Below are positions 55,963 through 64,000 of a DNA stretch of 64,000 nt, one piece after another. This stretch comes from Acidimicrobiales bacterium (lineage in GTDB: Bacteria > Actinomycetota > Acidimicrobiia > Acidimicrobiales > MedAcidi-G1). The stretch spans positions 24 through 64,023 of the forward strand of contig JAQWTI010000034.1 of the NCBI GenBank assembly GCA_029242745.1, read 5' to 3'. The notes beneath the pieces are model-generated. The model had not been told where the DNA came from. It did no database searches and saw only the letters and a program-made list of their open reading frames with translations. A program made the translations under genes and the position numbers. The number at the start of each line of letters is the position of its first letter. Position 1 is the first letter of the stretch.

Positions 55963-58050
55963 GTGCTAGATCCTTTGCTTCAGCCGTTCGACCTAGCTGG
56001 ACTCAAACTTCGCAACCGGATTTTTTCGAGTAGCCACTCGCCAGGTTTCAACGTGGACGGTACCCCAAGTGACCGATATGTCCGCTACCACGAAGAAAAG
56101 GCAGCCGGTGGAATCGGCCTGACCATGATCGGTGGTTCATCAAATGTTTCACGCGATTCAGCTTCTTTGTGGGGGCAACTCAGTTTTACCACCGATGCAA
56201 TAATTGCCCCATTGGCTCAGATGGTTGACAGAGTTCATGACCACGGTGCAGCCATTATGTGTCAGCTCACGCATATGGGTCGGCGTAACGTCTCCAACGA
56301 CGGCGACTGGTTGCCCACAATTGCTCCATCGCCGGTACGTGAGCCCATGCACCGCTTCTGGCCAAAGCAAGCGGAGTTATCCGATCTTCGCCGTGTCGTA
56401 GCAGACTTTGCCGCCGCAGCTCGACGCGCAGCAGCCGCTGGTCTCGACGGAATCGAGTTATTGGCAACCAGCCATCTACTTGACCAGTTTTGGTCGCCTC
56501 TGGTGAATCACCGCTCAGATGAGTATGGAGGGTCATTGAATAACCGACTTCGGCTGACCATTGAGGTACTCGAAGCGGCTCAGGCAGCAGTTGATGGACA
56601 ACTCCTCATAGGCCTCCGGATGCTAGGAACTGAGGACCAGCCCGGGGGGCTCGACCAAAGTGATTGCTGCGAGATTGCCGCGACCCTTTCTTCCACTGGC
56701 CTCTTGGACTTCATTAACGTCGCTGGGCCAGCGATTGCCACGGACGACGGCCTCTCCAAGGCGATACCACCAGCTGGAACACCGTTGTCGCCTTATTTGG
56801 CGATGGCGGCCGCTATACGTCGCTCCGTCAATATTCCGATCCTGCATGCCACCCGAGTTAACGATCTGTCCGCAGCCCGACATGCCATTAAATCCGGCGC
56901 AGTCGATCTGGTGGGGATGACGAGAGCCCACATGGCTGACCCGCACCTAGTTGAAAAATTAAAGCGTGGTGAACCCAACCGAATTCGTACCTGCGTTGGT
57001 GCGTCGCTGTGTATAAACCGGCTACACCTAGGCCTTGACTCGGTATGCATTCAGAATCCGGCAACCGGACGAGAGGCCTCGGTACCCCAACTCGTAAGCC
57101 GAACTTCAGGACCTCGACGCCGAGTCGTTGTTGTTGGGGGTGGGCCAGCGGGCCTTGAGGCGGCACGTACTTGCGGCGAGAGGGGCCACGACGTGGTTCT
57201 GTTCGAGGCCCAAGATCGTTTGGGTGGGCAGTTAACCCTCATGGCCCGTGCTACCAAACGCCAACAGGAGGTGGCAGGGCTTGTCGACTGGTTGATTGCC
57301 GAGGTGGAATTGATAGGAGTTGATGTTCGACTGAATACACCAATCGATATGGAGGGCGTACTGGCGCAATCGCCCGATGTGGTTGTGGTGGCAACCGGTG
57401 GTTGGCCTGAAGTGGGCTACATGGAGTCCGGAGCCGACTTAGTGGTGACAGCCTGGGATGTCCTAAGTGGATACGCCCGACCCGAAGGTCGAGTTCTTTT
57501 TTACGATGACCACGGTGCCGAACGTGGCCTTTCGGTGTTGGAATTATTGGCTACGGAGAGGACTGTGCGAGGGGTGTCGACTCTGGAACTTGTTACGCCG
57601 GATAGACACGCTGGACTTGATCTGGCCACTCCACTTGGACCGGCCTACCTGCGCATGCTCTACGGACAGGAAGTGGCCATGACGCCAGATCACCGGTTGG
57701 TTAAGGTGCGGAGGGGTGAGTCCCGGGATGGGAGTAAAGTCGACTCTGATGTGACCTTGAGGGCCGTGATGCGCAACGAGTACACCCGTGAAGAGATCGT
57801 GCGAGAAGTGGACGCAGTGATTGTCGAACACGGTGTCGTGCCAGACGACGACCTGTATCAGTCTCTGCTCAGTCGGTCATTCAACAATGGAATAATCGAT
57901 CTTGATGCACTTTCTGACGGCCGACCACAGGCAGTATTTTCGTCTGATGCCTGGCCAGAGCCTTTGGTCTATCGAGTAGGAGACTGTGTGGCTAGCCGGG
58001 ACGTGGCCTCAGCTCTGCTCGATTCCCGCCGCCTGCTCCAGCATCTCTGA
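55963..58050 (+). CDS. two-domain flavoprotein: OYE-like FMN TIM barrel + FAD/NAD(P)-binding domain (FadH / TMADH / DgcA-StcD family)
   Basis: GTG start. NRIFSSSH...HDHGAAIMCQLTHMGR FMN-barrel motifs, a Cys motif region, then VVVVGGGPAGLEAA Rossmann. 695 aa. Confidence 0.8.
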   Translation: MLDPLLQPFDLAGLKLRNRIFSSSHSPGFNVDGTPSDRYVRYHEEKAAGGIGLTMIGGSSNVSRDSASLWGQLSFTTDAIIAPLAQMVDRVHDHGAAIMCQLTHMGRRNVSNDGDWLPTIAPSPVREPMHRFWPKQAELSDLRRVVADFAAAARRAAAAGLDGIELLATSHLLDQFWSPLVNHRSDEYGGSLNNRLRLTIEVLEAAQAAVDGQLLIGLRMLGTEDQPGGLDQSDCCEIAATLSSTGLLDFINVAGPAIATDDGLSKAIPPAGTPLSPYLAMAAAIRRSVNIPILHATRVNDLSAARHAIKSGAVDLVGMTRAHMADPHLVEKLKRGEPNRIRTCVGASLCINRLHLGLDSVCIQNPATGREASVPQLVSRTSGPRRRVVVVGGGPAGLEAARTCGERGHDVVLFEAQDRLGGQLTLMARATKRQQEVAGLVDWLIAEVELIGVDVRLNTPIDMEGVLAQSPDVVVVATGGWPEVGYMESGADLVVTAWDVLSGYARPEGRVLFYDDHGAERGLSVLELLATERTVRGVSTLELVTPDRHAGLDLATPLGPAYLRMLYGQEVAMTPDHRLVKVRRGESRDGSKVDSDVTLRAVMRNEYTREEIVREVDAVIVEHGVVPDDDLYQSLLSRSFNNGIIDLDALSDGRPQAVFSSDAWPEPLVYRVGDCVASRDVASALLDSRRLLQHL

Positions 58051-58062
58051 TCGGGTGGGATA

Positions 58063-59082
58063 ATGGCGAATCTGGCCGTGCCGTTTCCATCTGAGCAGCC
58101 CGCGGGCTACGAGTGGTTGGACGACGAACCGGGCTTTGATCCGGGGATTCATCTAGCCATAGAACCACCGAAGGTGCTTACGTGGTTGACCGACCTTGGG
58201 TATAAGCAAACCGATATTGCTTCAACAGCCACGCCAATTGCTTTCTCCGAACCATTTCGGGTGCTGTCGCCACTGGGCGCTTCAGTGATGTTGGATACGG
58301 CTCGCCGACTAGAACCATTCAAGGCACGAGCACGAGAGCGGATCGAAAACATGGTGCGAGGGGGTTGTTATCGATCCCGCTGGCTACGCGACCTATGTCT
58401 GAGTCCTGAGGTGACTGAAGCTATGGCGCAGATCTACGGTGTTCCGGTTGCACCACACTCCATGCCAGTTCACCTAGGCCACATGAACTTTGCACCAACA
58501 ACCGTTGGAGAGCCAGTGGACAAGTGGCACCACGACACCTTGGCGCTGGACTACGTGATGATGGTGACCGATCCAGCAAACTTGCCCGGGGGGCGTTTTG
58601 AAATCTTCCTTGGCACAAAGGGTGAAGCGTCAGCTCTGGCCGCCGAGGGCCGACAGCCACCGGATGACCGGATTCTTAGGCCCAAGTTTCCTGGTCCCGG
58701 ATGGGCTATTGCGCTTCATGGCAACATGGTTGTACACCGTGGCGCCTCGCTCACGAAAGCCGCTGAGCGAATCACGATGGTTAATGGCTACGTAGGACTT
58801 GATCGGCGGGTTGACGACCAGTCACGATCTCGAGATCTGATTGGTGTTGACGATCCCGGAGTCCTCGCCACTGAGTGGGCCCGCCACGCTGCGTGGCGAG
58901 GAATGGGTCGCCTCGGGTTACTGGTTGATGAATTGCAGTTCGGAATCGACAGCAACAGTGCTGCAGATCAACTCGAATCAGCAATCGTTGATGTTCGACG
59001 TGCCATCGACGACCTACGATCCGAACCGCCGCCTATCGAGCACTACGAGCGGATCAATACGGACACAAAAGAAATCAAGTGA
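58063..59082 (+). CDS. putative Fe(II)/2OG-oxygenase-like protein (uncharacterised family)
   Basis: Possible facial triad WHHD...HGNMVVHRG plus RITMV. No family confidently recognised. Confidence 0.4.
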   Translation: MANLAVPFPSEQPAGYEWLDDEPGFDPGIHLAIEPPKVLTWLTDLGYKQTDIASTATPIAFSEPFRVLSPLGASVMLDTARRLEPFKARARERIENMVRGGCYRSRWLRDLCLSPEVTEAMAQIYGVPVAPHSMPVHLGHMNFAPTTVGEPVDKWHHDTLALDYVMMVTDPANLPGGRFEIFLGTKGEASALAAEGRQPPDDRILRPKFPGPGWAIALHGNMVVHRGASLTKAAERITMVNGYVGLDRRVDDQSRSRDLIGVDDPGVLATEWARHAAWRGMGRLGLLVDELQFGIDSNSAADQLESAIVDVRRAIDDLRSEPPPIEHYERINTDTKEIK

Positions 59083-59969
59083 ACGCAAACGAACCACCAA
59101 CGACGGGCCCACTTACTGCAAAGCAGATCGAAGCCTTTTGGACTGATGGCTACATCATGATGGATGAGGCCATTACGCCTGCTGATCTATTCGACCTGCA
59201 GGCAGTGATCGGGGACTGGGTCGCTGAAAGTCGAAGCTACACCCAGCCTTGGGGCCAGACACTAGACGGCAGACCCCGATTTGATATCCAGCCAGGACAC
59301 ACCTTCGAACATCCGACCCTACGCAGGGTGGCGTCGCCCCAAGAGGTCTGTGCCGTCCATCGCCGAATCATGCGTTCCAGTCCGTTGGTGGATGCAGCAG
59401 CACAGTTGGTGGGCCCAAACCTGGCTGTGAACAACGTCAAGACGAACTGCAAACAGCCTGGGAGCGATACTTCGGTGAGGTTCCATCAGGATTTTGCCTA
59501 CGAGGCCCACAGTAATGACGATTTGGTAGCCGTGCTCCTGTTTGTAGACGACGTGACTCTCAACAACGGGCCGCTGGAAGTCATCCCAGGTACTCACCGC
59601 GGACCAATACACGACCATTGGCAGGATGGAAAGTTCACGGGAACCATCGCGCACGACGTCCTAGAAAGACTGGATAGTCCGGTGGCCTGCCATGGATTGG
59701 CTGGGTCTGCGTGCCTCATGCATTCCCGGCTGATCCACGGATCCCGGCCGAACCTTTCTGATCAACAGCGGACACTCTCGATCTTTAGTTACCGCTCGGA
59801 GGACAGCCGAATTTTGCACCCAAACCATCTACCTAGTGTCAACGAAGGAGAAGTAGTGCGGGGCTCAGTTACAGGTCGGGTCCGCGCAACGGCCTATGAA
59901 ATGGCGCTAGGTGAGAAACCGACCGGTGCATCGTTCTTTGAACAGCAGGCAAGCGGATCCAAGTCGTGA
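59079..59969 (+). CDS. phytanoyl-CoA dioxygenase (PhyH)-family Fe(II)/2OG oxygenase
   Basis: GTGA overlap. FWTDGYIMMDEAI, FHQDFAY (HxD), LEVIPGTHRG, distal HSRLIHGSRPN. Confidence 0.8.
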   Translation: MNANEPPTTGPLTAKQIEAFWTDGYIMMDEAITPADLFDLQAVIGDWVAESRSYTQPWGQTLDGRPRFDIQPGHTFEHPTLRRVASPQEVCAVHRRIMRSSPLVDAAAQLVGPNLAVNNVKTNCKQPGSDTSVRFHQDFAYEAHSNDDLVAVLLFVDDVTLNNGPLEVIPGTHRGPIHDHWQDGKFTGTIAHDVLERLDSPVACHGLAGSACLMHSRLIHGSRPNLSDQQRTLSIFSYRSEDSRILHPNHLPSVNEGEVVRGSVTGRVRATAYEMALGEKPTGASFFEQQASGSKS

Positions 59970-60751
59970 CCGCGTTAGATCTTCAGAAGTTGGCTTTCAC
60001 CACCGACAATGGTTTCGGTGACCGGGCTCGCATCGGTCTCGTCGTCTTAGAGAATGACCAGACGGTGGAAGCCGAACTGGCCTCACTGTGGCCAAGTGGA
60101 GTGGCTGCCTTTGTCACACGTATCCCGATGGAGGACCGGGTAACTCCAGAAGCCCTGTTATCAATGGAGGCTCGCATCCCTGAGGCTGCAGGTCTGCTAC
60201 CGGAAATACTCGATTTTGACGTCATCGGCTACGGCTGTACTTCTGGCGCGACCCTGATAGGCGAAAATCGGGTTTCGGCAGCAATCCGCTGTGCCCACCC
60301 CAAGACACCCAATACGAATCCGATCACCGCTGCTCAGGCAGCCCTTGCTGCGCTCGAGGCCCGTCGTATCGCCATTGTCACGCCTTACAACGCTCAAGTC
60401 ACGTCAGGAATTGCCAATCTCTTAACTGCTGGAGGCCTCGAGGTTCTGACTATCGGTTCCTTCTTCGAGGAGAGTGACGCCGTCGTTGCACACATCACCG
60501 AGGAAGCCGTTTCCGATGCCGTACGAACGGTCGTGAAGGATGTGGCCGGTCAAGTAGACGCTGTTTTCGTGTCTTGCACCAGCCTCCGCGCCTTCAGCGT
60601 GGCTGGACCACTCGAGGAGGAGTTGGGTATGCCAGTGTTGTCGAGCAATCTTGCCTTCGGTTGGCATCTTCTTCGCTTGGCCGGAATTGACGACAGGTTG
60701 GGTGGCCTTGGACGGCTTTACTCGCTCGGCCTACCAGGGGCTGAGCGGTGA
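59966..60751 (+). CDS. Asp/Glu/hydantoin-racemase-fold protein (maleate isomerase / arylmalonate decarboxylase / EutA-like)
   Basis: GTGA overlap. RIGLVVLENDQTVE..., two Cys-containing loops (GYGCTSG, VSCTSLR) typical of this fold. Confidence 0.7.
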   Translation: MTALDLQKLAFTTDNGFGDRARIGLVVLENDQTVEAELASLWPSGVAAFVTRIPMEDRVTPEALLSMEARIPEAAGLLPEILDFDVIGYGCTSGATLIGENRVSAAIRCAHPKTPNTNPITAAQAALAALEARRIAIVTPYNAQVTSGIANLLTAGGLEVLTIGSFFEESDAVVAHITEEAVSDAVRTVVKDVAGQVDAVFVSCTSLRAFSVAGPLEEELGMPVLSSNLAFGWHLLRLAGIDDRLGGLGRLYSLGLPGAER

Positions 60752-61926
60752 GTCTCCTGGAGCGCGGCTTCCCCGACAGTGAGTTCGAAGCTCGAGCTGC
60801 CGGTGCCCAAGCCCTGATGGCTGACCTTGGCTTGGATGTCCTCCTAGTCTGTACGGAACCTGAAGTTCGCTACCTGACCGGTTTCCACACGCCATTCTGG
60901 CAAAGCCCAACTCGACCTTGGTTTGTGGTCTTGCCCGCTGAAGGGCGACCAGTGGCCGTAATACCAAGTATTGGGGCGTCAGCAATGAACGCCACCTGGG
61001 TGAACGACATTCGGACCTGGCCTTCACCCCGACCATCTGACGACGGCCTAGGGCTACTAGTTGAGACACTCGCTGAATTGGTAGGTCAAACTTCCTCTAA
61101 CGAAAATGTTTCTATTGGCCTGCCCATGGGTCACGAGACTCACGTACGAATGCCACTTGCCGACCTAGATGTGCTCAGAGAACGGGTGGCACCAGCCAGG
61201 TTTGTTGACGCTACTGAAGTGGTCCGGACTCTGCGGATGGTGAAATCTGACCGTGAGATCGCCAAAATGGCTCATATCTGTGACGTGGTATCCGGAGCGT
61301 TTGAGGGGTTGGGGGAACTCCTGTCGATTGGGATGACCGAACGGGAGGCGTTCAAGTCATTCCGTATAGACCTATTGCAACGTGGTGCTGACGATGTTCC
61401 CTATCTCGTAGGGGCATCGGGACCTGGCTTCGATGACATCATCAAGCAACCATCCGATCGGGTTATCGAACGTGGTGATCTATTGATGTTTGACACCGGC
61501 TCGCTGTATGACGGGTATTCCAGCGACTTCGATCGATACGTGGCCTTTGGGCGGGCGGGTGCGGATGCACAGCGGGCCTACTCGACTGTCTGGGCGGCCA
61601 CGGAAGCTGGTCTGGCAGCGGCACGTCCTGGGGCGACCACAAGTGACCTTTGGCGGGCCATGGCGGACGTACTCGATGCCGGCGGATCCCTTGGTAACTC
61701 AGTTGGACGCCTGGGCCACGGCCTCGGTATGCAGGTAACTGAATGGCCGTCCAACACGGCAGATGACAATACTGTTTTGCAGGAGGGCATGGTGCTAACC
61801 CTGGAGCCGGGTCTCACTTGGGCGCCTGGTCGGATGATGGTGCACGAAGAGAACTTCGTGGTCAGGGCAGATGGGCCTGAGATGCTGTCGCGCCGAGCAT
61901 CTTCTGAACTGCCCATCCTGAAGTGA
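60748..61926 (+). CDS. M24-family metallohydrolase (Xaa-Pro dipeptidase / creatinase / ectoine hydrolase DoeA-EutD-like)
   Basis: GTGA overlap. Creatinase-like N-domain plus pita-bread domain with DTG...D..R, GHGLGM, LTLEPG, HEEN metal-ligand blocks. Confidence 0.8.
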   Translation: MSLLERGFPDSEFEARAAGAQALMADLGLDVLLVCTEPEVRYLTGFHTPFWQSPTRPWFVVLPAEGRPVAVIPSIGASAMNATWVNDIRTWPSPRPSDDGLGLLVETLAELVGQTSSNENVSIGLPMGHETHVRMPLADLDVLRERVAPARFVDATEVVRTLRMVKSDREIAKMAHICDVVSGAFEGLGELLSIGMTEREAFKSFRIDLLQRGADDVPYLVGASGPGFDDIIKQPSDRVIERGDLLMFDTGSLYDGYSSDFDRYVAFGRAGADAQRAYSTVWAATEAGLAAARPGATTSDLWRAMADVLDAGGSLGNSVGRLGHGLGMQVTEWPSNTADDNTVLQEGMVLTLEPGLTWAPGRMMVHEENFVVRADGPEMLSRRASSELPILK

Positions 61927-61945
61927 ACAGATGGGGCAAAACAAA

Positions 61946-62743
61946 ATGACGGGTTTGCAGTTTTTTCAGATTGACTCATTTACTGATCGACCCTTCGCTG
62001 GTAATCCCGCTGCCGTCGTGGTCCTTGACGGACCAGCTGAAGTCCCCTGGATGCAGGCGGTTGCCCTTGAGATGAACCTTTCTGAGACTGCATTTTGTTA
62101 TCCGTCAAGTTCAGCAGAAGGGGAGTGGGACCTCCGCTGGTTTACACCTATAGCGGAGGTGGCGCTGTGTGGTCACGCAACACTGGCAGCAGCGCACGCT
62201 CTGACCACCGAGTACCACATAGTTGGTGAAATTACGTTTAATACTCGGTCAGGACAGTTGACCGCCCTGAAAAATGACTATGGCCTCCGACTTGATTTTC
62301 CAGCGGACCACCTACTGACGGTGCCTGTGGTCGAAGCCATGGAGGCAGCTGTCAACTGCACGGTGGAGGCTGCGGCAACTGGATCTACCGACCTGTTGCT
62401 GGAACTCGGATCAGCAGCTGACGTCCGTCGATGTAAGCCTGACTTTAGGTTGCTTGCCAGTCTTGCCGACCGGAGCGTAATTGTGACTGCAGTGTGCACC
62501 GACCGTGATGACGTAGACATCGTTTCACGGGTATTTGCTCCGAAGGTCGGAATCCTCGAGGATCCCGTCACCGGCTCAGCGCACACCACCTTGGTGGCAT
62601 GGTGGGCTGCTCGGCTTGGTCCCAAACTTCGAGCGGAACAAGCCTCGCCTCGCGGTGGTGAGCTCGATGTCGAATTAGTGGGCGACCGGGTTTACCTGAC
62701 CGGTCAGGCGGTAACGGTGGCCCGCGGTAATCTGCTGGTGTGA
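61946..62743 (+). CDS. PhzF-family isomerase-like protein
   Basis: MTGLQFFQIDSFTDRPFAGNPAAVV N-terminus, SETAF, FTP..EVALCGHATLA, EDPVTGSAH. The ORF track opens at ATG 61931. Confidence 0.8.
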   Translation: MTGLQFFQIDSFTDRPFAGNPAAVVVLDGPAEVPWMQAVALEMNLSETAFCYPSSSAEGEWDLRWFTPIAEVALCGHATLAAAHALTTEYHIVGEITFNTRSGQLTALKNDYGLRLDFPADHLLTVPVVEAMEAAVNCTVEAAATGSTDLLLELGSAADVRRCKPDFRLLASLADRSVIVTAVCTDRDDVDIVSRVFAPKVGILEDPVTGSAHTTLVAWWAARLGPKLRAEQASPRGGELDVELVGDRVYLTGQAVTVARGNLLV

Positions 62744-63414
62744 ACGCCAAAACGCAGCTTAATCGGAAGCCGTCACGGGCAGTGTTCGACCGTAACGGCA
62801 TCTATGCGGTGCTAGATGAGGGGCTGGTCGCACACGTCGGGCTTATTGCCGGCGACACTCCAGATGTTCACCCGATCGTGATCCCGATGCTGTACGCACG
62901 TGACGGTGACATGTTACTCCTGCACGGCTCACCGGCTAGTCGCCTACTTCGCAACGCAAAGGGTGGCCGGGATGTGTGTGTGACCGTCACCCTCCTGGAT
63001 GCTTTAGTCCTAGCGCGTTCCGGGCTCCATCATTCAATGAACTACCGATCGGTCGTTGTTATGGGCTGCGCATCTGAGATAACAGATCCTGATGCGAAAG
63101 TGGCCGCCTTGGACCGGCTGGTCGAGCACACCGTTCCTGGTCGGTCGAAACAAATACGTCCGGCGCACGATAAAGAAGTTAAAGCCACAACGGTTCTCAT
63201 CCTGTCGTTGGATGAGTGTTCTATGAAGGTTAGGACCGGTGGTCCAATTGATGATCTAGACGATCTCGATGAACCATCCTGGGCAGGTCTCGTCCCTCTC
63301 GGTGTGTTCATCGGTGAACCAGAGCCTGACGAGGGGTCGACTGGCGACCCGGTGCCCGGTCACGTGGCCTTCTGGTCCCGTGGTCCCGGTCAGGTCAACG
63401 GCCGGGCTGGCTGA
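62740..63414 (+). CDS. pyridoxamine-5'-phosphate-oxidase-fold flavin-binding protein (COG3467/NimA-like)
   Basis: GTGA overlap. [22 protein letters not shown]...HGSPASR...SVVVMG pattern. Confidence 0.6.
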   Translation: MNAKTQLNRKPSRAVFDRNGIYAVLDEGLVAHVGLIAGDTPDVHPIVIPMLYARDGDMLLLHGSPASRLLRNAKGGRDVCVTVTLLDALVLARSGLHHSMNYRSVVVMGCASEITDPDAKVAALDRLVEHTVPGRSKQIRPAHDKEVKATTVLILSLDECSMKVRTGGPIDDLDDLDEPSWAGLVPLGVFIGEPEPDEGSTGDPVPGHVAFWSRGPGQVNGRAG

Positions 63415-63416
63415 TC

Positions 63417-64000
63417 GTGTCTCCCGGCGCGGCCTCCGTCAGCGGTGGCTCCCTCGTCGGAGCCATCGACCAGGGCACCACAAGTACCCGATTCATAATC
63501 TTCGACGAGACGGGCTCGGTAGTGGCGGCAGCTCAGAGGCCCCACGCCCAGCACTTTCCCCAGCCCGGCTGGGTGGAGCACGACGCAGCCGAGATCCTGA
63601 CCAACACGAGGGCGGTGATCGACGAGGCACTGTCATCTGCCGATCTGTCAACAGGTGATTTGGCGGCCGCGGGCATCACCAACCAGCGCGAAACCCTCGT
63701 GGTCTGGGACCCTGTCACCGGTAAACCGCTGAGTCACGCCATCGTCTGGCAAGACACCCGTACCGATAACATCGTCGCCCGGCTGGCTAACGGTAATCTG
63801 GACCGATTCCGCGCCGTCACAGGCCTGCCGCTAACCACCTACTTCAGCGGTCCCAAGGCCACATGGCTCCTCGAGAACGTGGACGGGTTGCGGGCCCGTG
63901 GCGAGGCTGGCCAGGCACTATTCGGCACCGTCGATTCTTGGCTGCTTTGGAACCTGACCGGTGGCCCCGACGGTGGCCGTCACGCCACTGATGTCACCAA
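63417..64000 (+). CDS. glpK: glycerol kinase (5' part; runs off the window)
   Basis: My own translation from the GTG at 63417: ...[17 protein letters not shown]...[15 protein letters not shown]...[13 protein letters not shown]...IVWQDTRT...[14 protein letters not shown]. Not in the ORF track because it has no stop in the window. Confidence 0.9.
   Translation, partial: MSPGAASVSGGSLVGAIDQGTTSTRFIIFDETGSVVAAAQRPHAQHFPQPGWVEHDAAEILTNTRAVIDEALSSADLSTGDLAAAGITNQRETLVVWDPVTGKPLSHAIVWQDTRTDNIVARLANGNLDRFRAVTGLPLTTYFSGPKATWLLENVDGLRARGEAGQALFGTVDSWLLWNLTGGPDGGRHATDVT

Overview
Gene-dense 64 kb window with about 64 CDS. I found no rRNA or tRNA gene, no CRISPR array, no transposase or integrase, and no recognisable DNA-binding regulator. 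GC looks moderately high by eye. GTG/TTG starts and 1-4 nt start/stop overlaps (TGATG, GTGA, ATGA) are frequent. The gene content (F420/LLM and PPOX enzymes, family III CoA-transferase, BVMO, amidohydrolase-2, acyl-CoA dehydrogenases, Rieske oxygenases) looks actinobacterial or Chloroflexota/SAR202-like, but I cannot assign taxonomy from sequence alone. All family calls come from reading motifs in the supplied translations; no searches were run.

Main observations:
1. 2.0-10.1 kb: a family-5 (peptide/opine-type) ABC importer operon has a bacterial microcompartment shell gene set inserted between its binding-protein gene and its permease genes. The set is three divergent BMC-H genes and one EutN/CcmL-type BMC-P gene. 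A VOC-family metalloenzyme is translationally coupled to the vertex gene, and a PPOX-class flavin/F420 enzyme closes the operon. No canonical metabolosome or carboxysome core enzyme is present. This is my best candidate for an undescribed system.
2. 16-33 kb: a three-gene module matches the NdmC/NdmD/NdmE caffeine N7-demethylase architecture (Rieske-less oxygenase, Rieske-FNR-ferredoxin reductase, GST-like protein). It sits with a full-length Rieske paralog, four adenosine/adenine-deaminase-family paralogs with non-canonical pockets, a BMP-family nucleoside-type ABC importer, a GcvT-family folate enzyme and a 2OG oxygenase. I read this as a putative methylated-purine or modified-nucleoside catabolic island.
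3. 52.4-55.9 kb: cysD, a cysN-cysC fusion whose kinase-like domain looks degenerate, and a canonical stand-alone cysC.
4. 56-62.7 kb: a TMADH/DgcA/StcD-like flavoprotein followed by two Fe(II) oxygenase-like genes, an EutA-like racemase-fold gene, a DoeA/EutD-like M24 hydrolase and a PhzF-like isomerase.

Smaller items: an ABM-domain gene interrupted by an in-frame TGA, a perfect 20-bp-stem hairpin, and in-frame tandem repeats in two lipoprotein linkers.
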